A DNA stretch of 64,000 nt from assembly GCA_036274295.1 (NCBI GenBank), contig DASUFZ010000043.1:1820-65819 (forward strand). Direction: 5' to 3'. Source of the stretch: Myxococcota bacterium. Lineage in GTDB: Bacteria > Myxococcota_A > UBA9160 > SMWR01. Made by a program: the position numbers and the translations under genes. The notes under the pieces are model-generated. The model did not search any database. It saw only the letters and a list, made by a program, of their open reading frames with translations, and was not told where the DNA came from. Shown piece after piece: positions 20,497 to 30,776 of this stretch (its first letter is position 1; the number at the start of each line of letters is the position of its first letter).

Positions 20497-22971
20497 TCAT
20501 TCGAGCGAGGCGCGCTCTTCCTTCAGCGCGTAGGTCTCGATCACGTCGCCGACCTTGACGTCGTTGTAGCCGTCGATGCCGATGCCGCACTCGAAGCCGG
20601 AGGCGACCTCGCGCACGTCGTCCTTGAAGCGCTTGAGCGAGCCGACCTTGCCGTCGTAGATCTGCACACCGTCGCGGATCAGCCGGCACTGGCTGCCGCG
20701 CCGGATGTTGCCCTCGGTGACGTACGAGCCCGCGATGGTGCCGATGCGCGGGACGCTGAAGGTCTGCCGCACCTCGGCGCGGCCGCCGAAGGTCTCGCTG
20801 ATCGTCGGAGGCAGCAGGCCCTCCATCGCCTTCTTGATGTCGTCGGTGACCTCGTAGATGATCTGATACGTGCGCACGTCGACGCCCTGCCCCTCGGCAG
20901 CGCGCCGCGCCGTGGGGTCCGGGCGCACGTGGAAGGCGACGATCACGGCGCCGCTGGCCTTCGCCAGCATCACGTCGGACTCGGTCACCGCGCCGACACC
21001 GGCGAGGAGCACGTCGACCTTCACCTCGTCGCGCGAGAGCTTCAGCAGCGCGTCGCGCAGCGCCTCGACGGAGCCGCGCGTGTCGGCCTTGAGCACGACC
21101 GCGAGCTCCTTGACGCCGCCGCCCTCCGCGGCCGCAAAGATCTCCTCGAGGCTGCGCTTCGGCTTCGCGGCGTCGGCGCCGGTGTCGCGCCGCTGCGACT
21201 CGCGATGCGAGATGATCTCCTTGGCGACGCGCTCGCTCTCGACGACGTGGGCGAGCTCGCCCGCCTCGGGCACCGAGTTGAGGCCCTGCACCTGCACAGG
21301 CACCGACGGGCCCGCGCTCGAGAGCCGCCGGCCGCGCTCGTCCTCCATGGCGCGCACGCGCCCGAAGGCGGTGCCCGCCACCAGCATGTCGCCGGGGGAG
21401 AGCGTGCCCTGCTGCACGAGCAGGGTCGCGACGGGGCCGCGGCCCTTGTCGAGCTGCGCCTCGAGCACGACGCCGGAGGCGCGCCGCGACGGATCCGCGC
21501 GCAGCTCGAGCACCTCGGCCTGCAGCTGGATCATCTCCAGCAGCTTCGGGATGCCCGTGCCCTTCGTCGCCGAGACGTCGACGCAGATGACGTCGCCGCC
21601 GAAGTCCTCGGGCACGAGGTTGTGCTCCATCAGGCGCTGGCGCGTCTGCGCGGAGTTCGCGCCCGGCAGGTCGATCTTGTTGATCGCGACGACGATCGGC
21701 ACCTCGGCGGCCTTCGCGTGCTCGATGGCCTCGACCGTCTGGGGCATGATGCCCTCGGTCGCTGCGACGACGAGCACCACGATGTCGGTCACGCGCGCGC
21801 CGCGCGCGCGCATCTCCGTGAAGGCCGCGTGGCCGGGCGTGTCGATGAACGTGACGACGTGGTCGCCGACGCGCGCCTGGTAGGCGCCGATGTGCTGCGT
21901 GATGCCGCCCGCCTCGCCCTCGACGACGTTGGCGTTGCGGATCGCGTCGAGCAGCGACGTCTTGCCGTGGTCGACGTGACCCATCACGGTGACGACCGGC
22001 GGGCGCGACACGAGCCCCTCGGTCTGCTCGGGCGCGGCCTCGTCGAAGTACGCCTCTTCCTTGAAGCCGACGTCCTGCACCTCGGCGTCGTACTGGAGCG
22101 CGACCTTGCGCGCGGTCTCGATGTCGATCGACTGGTTGATCGAGACCATCGTGCCGAGCGACATCAGGGTGCGCTGGACGTCGGGCGCCTTGGCGCCGAG
22201 CAGGCGCGCGAGCTCGCCGACCGCGATCGCGCCCTCGATGCGGAGCGTGCGCCGCGAAGCTTCCTTCGCCGCGCTCGCCGGCACGGGCGCGCTGCGCGCC
22301 GCGGTGTCGCGGCGACGCCGGCGCGGCGAGGTCGCCGTGCGCGGGTCGATGCCGGTCGGGCGGCGCACGACGGTGCGGCCGGTCGCCTGGCGCGCGAGGC
22401 GCTCCTGCTCGCGCAGGTTCACGACCTCGCGCACGAGCTTGCGCTGGCTGCGGCCCGGGCGCGCGGGCCCCGCCGGTCCGCGGTCGGACTGCGCGCCGAG
22501 CTCCTGCGCCATGTCGCGGCTGCGCGGCCCGGCCGACGAGGTCGCCGGGGCGGCGGCCTCCTGCGTCGTCTGCTGCGCGCGCGCCGCGATTGCGGGCTGC
22601 TCCGGCTCCGCGCTCTCGACCTCTTCGACGACCGGCTCGGGCGCCGGCTCGCTCTCGATCGGCTCCGGCTCGTACGCCGGCGCGACCGCGACGGACTCCG
22701 GCTCGGGCGCCGGAGCGGCCGCCTCCTCCGCCTTCTTGCGCCGCCGGATGACGGCGGCGCCGCCGGCCGCGCCGGTCTCGACCCGCCGCTCCGTGACGGA
22801 GCCGCTGCGCTTGCGAGCGCCGAGCTTCTCGCGGAGCTCGTTCGCGACCGCGTCGTCGAGAGGCGCCATCGCGCTCTTCAGCACGTGGCCGAGCGCGGCC
22901 GCCTTCTCGACGAACTCCGTCCGGTCGAGACCGAGCTCTTCCGCCAGCTTGTAGGCCCTGATGGTTGCCAT
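20497..22971 (-). CDS. infB: Translation initiation factor IF-2
   Basis: Track ORF of 824 aa. The G domain reads VVTVMGHVDHGKTSLLD, DTPGH and NKID. Confidence 0.95.
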   Translation of the reverse strand: MATIRAYKLAEELGLDRTEFVEKAAALGHVLKSAMAPLDDAVANELREKLGARKRSGSVTERRVETGAAGGAAVIRRRKKAEEAAAPAPEPESVAVAPAYEPEPIESEPAPEPVVEEVESAEPEQPAIAARAQQTTQEAAAPATSSAGPRSRDMAQELGAQSDRGPAGPARPGRSQRKLVREVVNLREQERLARQATGRTVVRRPTGIDPRTATSPRRRRRDTAARSAPVPASAAKEASRRTLRIEGAIAVGELARLLGAKAPDVQRTLMSLGTMVSINQSIDIETARKVALQYDAEVQDVGFKEEAYFDEAAPEQTEGLVSRPPVVTVMGHVDHGKTSLLDAIRNANVVEGEAGGITQHIGAYQARVGDHVVTFIDTPGHAAFTEMRARGARVTDIVVLVVAATEGIMPQTVEAIEHAKAAEVPIVVAINKIDLPGANSAQTRQRLMEHNLVPEDFGGDVICVDVSATKGTGIPKLLEMIQLQAEVLELRADPSRRASGVVLEAQLDKGRGPVATLLVQQGTLSPGDMLVAGTAFGRVRAMEDERGRRLSSAGPSVPVQVQGLNSVPEAGELAHVVESERVAKEIISHRESQRRDTGADAAKPKRSLEEIFAAAEGGGVKELAVVLKADTRGSVEALRDALLKLSRDEVKVDVLLAGVGAVTESDVMLAKASGAVIVAFHVRPDPTARRAAEGQGVDVRTYQIIYEVTDDIKKAMEGLLPPTISETFGGRAEVRQTFSVPRIGTIAGSYVTEGNIRRGSQCRLIRDGVQIYDGKVGSLKRFKDDVREVASGFECGIGIDGYNDVKVGDVIETYALKEERASLE

Positions 22972-23001
22972 GCGCTCCCGTCGCGTGCGGTCGCCCGCTC
23001 G

Positions 23002-24321
23002 CTAGTTCCTCGGTCCGCGCGGCTCGCGCCCGCCCTCGCCGGGGCCCGCCGCCTCCGCCGCGCGCGCGTTCGCCTCGTCGCTGCGCCGCTTCTCCACGGC
23101 CAGCTCACCCGCGCGCTTCTGGATCGCGCGCGCGCTCGCCTCGTCGACGCCCGGCAGCGACGTCAGCAGCTCCAGCTCGGCACGCGAGAGATCCTCGAGC
23201 GAGGTGATGCCCTGCTGCATCAGCAGCTCGCCCTCGGGCTCGCCGCAGCCGGCCGCGACCGACATCGCCTCGCCGAGCCAGCGCGCGAGCTCGCGCATCT
23301 TCGACTCGCTCTTGATGTCGATCTTCCAGCCGGTCAGCTGCACCGCCAGGCGCACGTTCTGGCCCTTGCGTCCGATCGCCAGCGAGAGCTGGTCGTCGGG
23401 CACGATCACGTCCATCGACTTGTCGCCGTCGTCGATGATGACCCGCGAGACCTGCGCGGGAGACAGCGCCGAGCAGACGTAGCGCGCCGGATCCGCGCTC
23501 CACGGCACGATGTCGATGCGCTCGCCGCGCAGCTCCTGCACGACGGCCTGGACGCGGCTGCCCTTCATGCCGACGCACGCGCCAACCGGATCGACGTCGC
23601 CATCGCGCGACGCGACGGCGATCTTCGAGCGCCCGCCCGGCTCGCGCGCGGCCGACTTGATCGTGACGATGCCCTCGTAGATCTCCGGCACTTCCTGCTC
23701 GAAGAGCTTCGTCAGCATCTCCATGCAGGCGCGCGAGAGCACGATCTGCGAGCCCTTGACGTTCTTGTTCACCTCGAGGACGTAGGCGCGCACGCGGTCG
23801 TTCGGCCGGTAGTTCTCGCGCGGCACCTGCTCCTTCGGCGGCAGCACCGCCTCGGCGCGGCCCAGGTCGACGATGATCGCGCCCTTCTCGAAGCGGCGGA
23901 CGATGCCGTTCACGATCTCGCCCTGGCGGTCCTTGTACTCCTCGTAGACCGTGTCGCGCTCCGCCTCGCGGATGCGCTGGATGATCACCTGTTTGGCGGT
24001 CTGGGCGAGGATCCGCCCGAAGCTCGCCGTGTCGATCTTCACGCCGATCTCGTCGCCGAGCTCCGCGCCGGGATCGAAGGCGGACGCGTCGGCCATCGCG
24101 ATCTGGCGCGTCTTGTCGGTGACCGTCTCGACGACCTCGCGGAACTCGAAGATCTCGACCTCGCCGAGCTCCTCGTTGAAGCGCGCCTCGATCTCGGTCC
24201 CCTCGCCGCGCTCGCGCCGCGCCGCCTGCTTCATGGCCTCTTCCAGCGCCGAGATGATCTCGCGCGGGTCGATGCCCTTGTCCTTCGCGACCTGATCGAT
24301 CTCCCTCTTCAGTCCCAGCAT
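23002..24321 (-). CDS. nusA: Transcription termination/antitermination factor NusA
   Basis: Last 439 aa of the fused track ORF 23002..25656, from ATG 24321. Reads MLGLKREIDQVAKDKGIDPREIISALEEAMKQA. S1 and two KH domains follow (GACVGMKGSRVQAV, LAIGRKGQNVRLA). Confidence 0.95.
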   Translation of the reverse strand: MLGLKREIDQVAKDKGIDPREIISALEEAMKQAARRERGEGTEIEARFNEELGEVEIFEFREVVETVTDKTRQIAMADASAFDPGAELGDEIGVKIDTASFGRILAQTAKQVIIQRIREAERDTVYEEYKDRQGEIVNGIVRRFEKGAIIVDLGRAEAVLPPKEQVPRENYRPNDRVRAYVLEVNKNVKGSQIVLSRACMEMLTKLFEQEVPEIYEGIVTIKSAAREPGGRSKIAVASRDGDVDPVGACVGMKGSRVQAVVQELRGERIDIVPWSADPARYVCSALSPAQVSRVIIDDGDKSMDVIVPDDQLSLAIGRKGQNVRLAVQLTGWKIDIKSESKMRELARWLGEAMSVAAGCGEPEGELLMQQGITSLEDLSRAELELLTSLPGVDEASARAIQKRAGELAVEKRRSDEANARAAEAAGPGEGGREPRGPRN

Positions 24322-24332
24322 GGCCACCTGTC

Positions 24333-24863
24333 TTACCTCCCCCGGCGCTCTGCAGCGCCCTGGCGAGTGCCCCGGCCTTCGGCGAAGTCGGCGGGTGTGA
24401 ACTGGTAGATGGATTTCGCCTTCGCCACCTCTGCGAAGGGAACCTGGAAGTCGCTGCCGTCGACGCGGATGCGCGCGACGTCCGCCTCGAACGCGACGAG
24501 CGTGCCGCGGAAGCGACGGCGCCCGTCGAGCGGATGTCGCGTCTCGACCGAGACCTCCGAGCCGCACGCGCGCGCGAAGTCGACCTCGCGCGCGAGCACG
24601 CGGTCGAGCCCCGGCGACGACACCTCGAGGCGGTAGGCGCACGGCGCCCAGTCGTTCGCGTCGAGCTGCGTGCCGATCTCGCGCGAGACCTCCGCACAGC
24701 GCTCCACCGAGACGCGTCCGTCGCCCTGCGGCGTATCGAGCGTGATGCGGAGCTGCCACGGCGACCGGCCGCGGTGTAGCGCGACGTCGACGAGCTCGAA
24801 CCCGAAGTCCTGGACGATCGGTTCGATCAAGGAACGCAGCTCCTCGGGAATGTCCCGGTACAC
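24333..24863 (-). CDS. rimP: Ribosome maturation factor RimP
   Basis: Track ORF 24333..24923. Conserved RimP sequence begins at ...IPEELRSLIEPIVQDFGFELVDVAL. I prefer the in-frame GTG at 24863, because the 60 nt upstream contain a hairpin plus T8 terminator. The start could still be 24923. Confidence 0.8.
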   Translation of the reverse strand: MYRDIPEELRSLIEPIVQDFGFELVDVALHRGRSPWQLRITLDTPQGDGRVSVERCAEVSREIGTQLDANDWAPCAYRLEVSSPGLDRVLAREVDFARACGSEVSVETRHPLDGRRRFRGTLVAFEADVARIRVDGSDFQVPFAEVAKAKSIYQFTPADFAEGRGTRQGAAERRGR

Positions 24864-24883
24864 GATTCGAACAACCTGGAAGC

Positions 24884-24908
24884 AAAAAAAAGAGCGGTCG
24901 AGCCGCCC
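24884..24908 (-). terminator. Intrinsic-terminator-shaped hairpin plus U8 in the rimP-nusA-infB leader
   Basis: The minus strand reads GGGCGGCTCGACCGCTC followed by TTTTTTTT. The stem is 6 bp including one G-U, with a 5-nt loop. An A8/T8 run is exceptional in this sequence. It ends 20 nt upstream of GTG 24863. Confidence 0.5.
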
Positions 24909-25011
24909 ACTGCAGGAGAACACAGAGCCTCGAACCCGAATGCGGCTCGACGCGTAAGGCCGCGTAACTTATCAAAATTGACGCATGGCGCCAACGAGTT
25001 CCGCGGGGGAC

Positions 25012-25121
25012 GCAAGGAGGCCGACTCACCGGAGTCGGCCGACGCGCAGCGAGGCGCAGCCGAGCGAAGGGCCGGAATGCCCGAGCGCGAGCGATCAGCG
25101 AGCGCGAAGGCCCGGCCAAAG
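25012..25121. repeat. Copy B of the ~110-nt structured intergenic element; it starts 1 nt after the pyrD stop
   Basis: GCAAGGAGGCCGACTCaccgGAGTCGGCCGACGCGCAGCGAGGCGCAGCCGAGCGAAG...CCCGAGCGCGAGCG..AGCGAGCGCGAAGG.CCGGCC. Same orientation as copy A. The hairpin stem is identical and the loop differs. Confidence 0.85.
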
Positions 25122-26078
25122 CTACGGGCGTTTCGTCTCCAGCGCGCCGACCAGGTCCGCGACCCGCCGGACCCCGTGACGGGCGCAGTAGGCGCGGATC
25201 CCGTCGACGACCGCGCCGGCGGCGGAGGGTTCCAGGTAATTCTGCGTGCCGACCTGCACGGCGGTCGCGCCGCAGAGCAGGAACTTGATGGCGTCCTCCG
25301 CGCTGGCGATTCCCCCCATGCCGCAGATCGGGAGCTTCACGGCGCTGCGCGCCTGCCAGACCATGCGCAGCGCGATCGGGCGGATCGCCGGGCCGGAGAG
25401 ACCGCCGAGCACGTTCGACAGCACGGGGCGCCGGCGCTCGACGTCGACCTCGAGGGCCTGCACCGAGTTGATCAGCGAGAGGCCGTCCGCGCCCTCGCCC
25501 TCGCAGACGCGCGCCATCTCGCGGATGTCCGTCACGTTGGGGGAGAGCTTCACCAGCAGCGGCGCCGTGGTCGCGCGCCGCACCGCCCGCACGAGCGTGG
25601 CCAGCACGGCGGGGTTCTGGCCGAACTCGATCCCGCCGCTCTTCACGTGCGGACACGAGGCGTTGAGCTCGAGCCCTGCGACCCGCGAGACCCCCGAGAG
25701 CCGCTTCGCGACCTCGGCGTAGCGGTCGATCTCGGTCTCGAAGATGCTCGCGATCACCACGACGCCCTCGGGCAACGCGGGCAGCTTCTCGCGCACGAAG
25801 GCGTCGACGCCGACGTTCTCGAGGCTGATGGCGTTCAGCATGCCCGACGGCGCCTCGGCGATGCGCGGCGGCGGATTCCCGCGGCGCGGCTCGAGGGTCA
25901 GGCTCTTGGCGACGAAGCCGCCGATGCGGCGCAGGTCGAGGAAGGGCGCGAACTCGGTCCCGTAGCCGAACGTGCCGGACGCGGTGAGCACGGGGTTCCG
26001 CAGCGGGATGCCCGCGAGCTCGACCTGCAGGTCGACGTCGGCGCAGATCTCGCCGCCGCGCGCATTCGTCGCGCTCAC
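25122..26078 (-). CDS. pyrD: Dihydroorotate dehydrogenase, class 1B catalytic subunit
   Basis: Last 318 aa of the fused track ORF 25122..27074. Reads LRNPVLTASGTFGYG, ELNASCPHVK and GGLSGPAIRPIALR. GTG 26078 overlaps the pyrK stop (GTGA). Confidence 0.9.
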   Translation of the reverse strand: MSATNARGGEICADVDLQVELAGIPLRNPVLTASGTFGYGTEFAPFLDLRRIGGFVAKSLTLEPRRGNPPPRIAEAPSGMLNAISLENVGVDAFVREKLPALPEGVVVIASIFETEIDRYAEVAKRLSGVSRVAGLELNASCPHVKSGGIEFGQNPAVLATLVRAVRRATTAPLLVKLSPNVTDIREMARVCEGEGADGLSLINSVQALEVDVERRRPVLSNVLGGLSGPAIRPIALRMVWQARSAVKLPICGMGGIASAEDAIKFLLCGATAVQVGTQNYLEPSAAGAVVDGIRAYCARHGVRRVADLVGALETKRP

Positions 26079-26877
26079 GGCAGGCCCTCCCACGCGACGG
26101 CGCGCGCGTCGAAGACCGGTCCGTCGCGACACACCAGTGCGAAGCCGCCCGCGCGCAGCGGCGCCGCGCAGCCGAGGCAGACGCCGAAGCCGCACGCCAT
26201 CGGGTTCTCGAGCGACGCGCTGCAGGCGGCGCCGCGCGCCTCCGCGATCTCGGCGCAGCGCCGCATCATCGCCGTCGGGCCGCAGGCGAATACGGCTGCC
26301 TCCGCGTCGCGCGCGAGCGCGACCTCGAGGAGCGCGGTCACGAGGCCCTTCGTTCCCAGGCTGCCGTCCTCGGTGGCGATCTCGAGGGGCGCGCCGAGCG
26401 TCTCGAAGTCCGCCACCCCCATCAGGTCGCCGGCGCTGCGCGCGCCGAGCAGCACGCGCGCCGAGCCGGGCGCGCGGGCGTGGAGCCGCGCGGCGAGCTC
26501 GTAGACCGACGCGATGCCCGTGCCGCCCGCGACGAGCAGCGCGCGGCCCGCCGGCAGCTCGAAGCCGCGTCCGAGCGGCCCGACCACGGCGACGCGGTCG
26601 CCCGGAGAGCACGCGGCCAGCAGCGCGGTGCCGCGCCCGTGCCGCTTGAAGAGGATCTCGATCTCGGCCGCGCCCTTCGCGCGCTGCTCGCGGTACACCG
26701 CCATCGGACGCGGCAGCAGCGGGTCGCTGCGCGGCGCCGCGCCCTGCGGACCCGGCGAGAGCATCGCGAACTGGCCCGGCTCGAAGCCCGGCCAGCCGTC
26801 GATGCGCAGGGTGAGGCGGTAGCTCGACGCGCCCTCGGCGGAGAGCGCGACGACCTCGGCGAGCGTGCGGATCGGGA

Positions 26878-26881
<4 letters not shown>
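26075..26881 (-). CDS. pyrK: Dihydroorotate dehydrogenase electron-transfer subunit
   Basis: Track ORF of 268 aa. An FNR-like fold (RPMAVY, LLVAGGTGIASV) is followed by a C-terminal 2Fe-2S Cys cluster, ACGFGVCLGCA...VCRDGPVF. Confidence 0.85.
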
Positions 26882-28229
<1,348 letters not shown>

Positions 28230-28233
<4 letters not shown>

Positions 28234-30536
28234 CGCCCGGCCTCCGCGCGCACGGGAGTGGCGAGCGCGCGCGGCGCGTCGGCGCGCGAGACCGGCAGCT
28301 CGATCACGAAGCGCGTGCCACGCGGCGGGTTGTCCTGCACGCGCACGTAGCCGTGGTGGTCGGCGACGATGCGCGAGACGATCGCCAGGCCGAGGCCGGT
28401 GCCGTTCTCGCTGCGCGAGAAGTACGGCTCGAAGACGCGGCGGCGGTCCTGCGCGGGGATGCCGATGCCGTCGTCCGACACGATCAGACGCGCGCTCTGG
28501 AGCGCCGGATCGAACTGCGTGACGAGGCGGACGCGCGCGCCGCCGCCCTGCCGGATGGCCGCGATGGCGTTGTCGATCAGGTTCGTCAGCGCGCGGCGGA
28601 TCTGCTCGCGGTCGAGCTCGACGGGCGGCAGGCCCGGATCGAGCTCGGTCTCGAGCGACACGCCCTCGGTGCCGGCGTAGCTCGCCACCGCGTCCGACAC
28701 GATGCGGTTCAGGTCGTCCGGCTTCGGGTTCGCGGCCGGCAGGCGCGCGAAGTTCGAGAACTCGTCGACCAGCAGCTTCAGGGTGTCGACCTGCGTGGTG
28801 ATCGCCTCCACGCACTCGTCGAGGATGCGCGCGGAGGCGGCGTCGGCGCCGAAGCGGCCGCCGAAGCGCCGGCGCAGGCGCTGCGCGGAGAGCTGGATCG
28901 GCGTGAGGGGATTCTTGATCTCGTGCGCGATGCGGCGCGCGACCTCGCGCCACGCCGCCATGCGCTGGACCTTCACGAGCTGCGTGTAGTCGTCGAACAC
29001 GACGACGCTGCCGAGCGACTGGCCGGCCTCGTCGTGCATGACGGTCAAGGTCACGAAGAGCGTGGCGACGTCGTCGCCGAGCGGAATCTGCACCTGGCGG
29101 CGCACGCTCTCGCGCACGCCGGGGCGCAGCGCCGCCGTCATCTCGTCGATCACCTCGAGGAGCGACGTCTGGCTGGCGACGTCCTCGAGGCGCTGGCCGA
29201 GCAGCCCCGTGCCGGCGGGGATGCCGAGATAGCGCTGCGCGGACGGGTTGATGGCGGAGATGCGGCCGTCGGGGCCGACGGAGACGACGCCGGCGCCGAC
29301 GTTGCCGAGCACGATCTCCATGTAGCGGCGCCGGCGATCGAGCTCGGTCGTCTTCCGCTCGTTGTCGTTCCGCGCCTCGCGCAGGTCGCGGATCATCTGG
29401 TTGAAGGAGTCGACGAGCAGCCCCACCTCGTCGTCGGTGTCGACCTCCACCTGCACGTCGAGGTTGCCGCGCGCGACGTCGCCCGTGCCCTCGGCGAGCG
29501 CGCGCAGCGGACCCGTCACGCCGCGCGCCAGCCGGAAGCCCATCCACAGCGCGAGCATCAGCACCATGGTGAAGGCGAGCAGCAGCTCGAGCAGATACGA
29601 GCCGCGCACGCTTCCCGCCGTCGGCTGGAGCTGGCGGTAGGCGTCGAGCGTCGAGCGGATGCTCGCCACCTTGCGCGCCTGCGAGAACGGGATCAGCACG
29701 TTGACGACGACCGCGCCGACGACCTCGCCGGGGCGCATCGCCGACTCGATCGGCACCGCCCCGCGAATCGCGTCGCCGCTGCCGATCTCGTCGACGTGCC
29801 AGCCGGGCTCGCGCCCGACGATCGCCTCGCGCACGATCTCGCTGTCGGGCCGCGAGAAGTTCGCCGCCGGGATCTCCGGATTGATCGCGGTGACGAGCTC
29901 GTCGCCGTTCGCGCTGAACACCTCGACGACGCCGAGGTTGTAGTCGCGCTGCTTCTCCTGGACGAGGGCCTCGAGCCGGGCGCGGTCGTCCTTCTCGATC
30001 AGGCGCTCGGCGCGGATGCGCTCGGCGATGCGCCCGCCGTAGAAGAGCGCGTTGTTGGCGACCATCTCGTAGTGGCTGTTCGCCACCTCGCCGCTCTCCT
30101 CGAGCGCGCGGTCGACCTGCACGCTGAACCAGGTGTCGATCGAGTTCGTGATGAAGAACGCCGACACCGCGAAGAGTCCCGTCGTCGTCACCAGCGCGAT
30201 CAGCACGAAGGCGGCCACGAACTTGAGGTTCAGGTGCGAGCCGAGGATCCCGCGGCGGCGCTCGCCCACCAGCTTCCAGAAGTTGCGCGCGACGATGAAG
30301 GCGAAGATCAGGATCAGGATGACGGTGATGGCGTTGAGGAAGAGGAAGAGGCTCGAATCGCCGACGCCCTTCGTCAGGCCGGCGATGGGCGGCACGAGCA
30401 GCAGGCCGCCCATCGCGGCGACCAGCACGACGCCGATCCAGAACTCGCGAATGCGCCGCCGCCGCTCCGCGGCGGGCAGTGCGGCGGGGCGGTTCGAGGT
30501 GGACGCGGTCGGATTCGCCTCTTGCTCTTCGTGCAT
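28230..30536 (-). CDS. NtrY-like sensor histidine kinase (TM - HAMP - PAS - HisKA - HATPase)
   Basis: Last 768 aa of the fused track ORF 28230..34940, from ATG 30536. Has four N-terminal TM helices and a HAMP domain. The H-box reads HEIKNPLTPIQLSAQRL, the N-box LTNLIDNAI, and the G-boxes DDGIGI and GTGLGLAIV. Confidence 0.9.
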
Positions 30537-30616
30537 GGGGCCGTTCGGCGCGGGAAGGTAGTCGACGTCGCCGCGGCGCCCGCAGCCGCCCGAGCGCATT
30601 CCCCGCGGGGCCCCCG

Positions 30617-30645
30617 GGTCTTCCAGAAGAGGGTCTCTAGAAGAG
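30617..30645. promoter_or_regulatory. Adjacent direct repeat in the divergent kinase / TPR intergenic region
   Basis: GGTCTTCCAGAAGAG is immediately followed by GGTCTCTAGAAGAG. This is the least GC-rich patch of the 240-nt spacer. Confidence 0.35.
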
Positions 30646-30692
30646 AATGGGACCCTGGCGTGCGGCCGAAAACCTCCGCTGCGCGCCTCGAT

Positions 30693-30707
30693 GGGCGCGC
30701 GCGTTGC
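30693..30707 (+). promoter_or_regulatory. Candidate sigma54 -24/-12 promoter facing the giant TPR gene
   Basis: gGGCgCGcgcgTTGC against the consensus TGGCACG-N4-TTGC. GG and GC have the correct spacing, and 9 of 11 specified positions match. It lies 37-70 nt upstream of the candidate start codons. Confidence 0.35.
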
Positions 30708-30776
30708 CGCATCAAGCCGGGTCCGGCTCCGGTCGATGAGGGCGTGAGAGGGATCACCGGGCCCGGAGGCGGGGCA

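Noticed and set aside
19987-24408. A 1,473-aa plus-strand ORF across rbfA, DUF503, infB and nusA
   Set aside because: It is antisense to universally conserved translation and transcription factor genes. It has no recognisable motifs.
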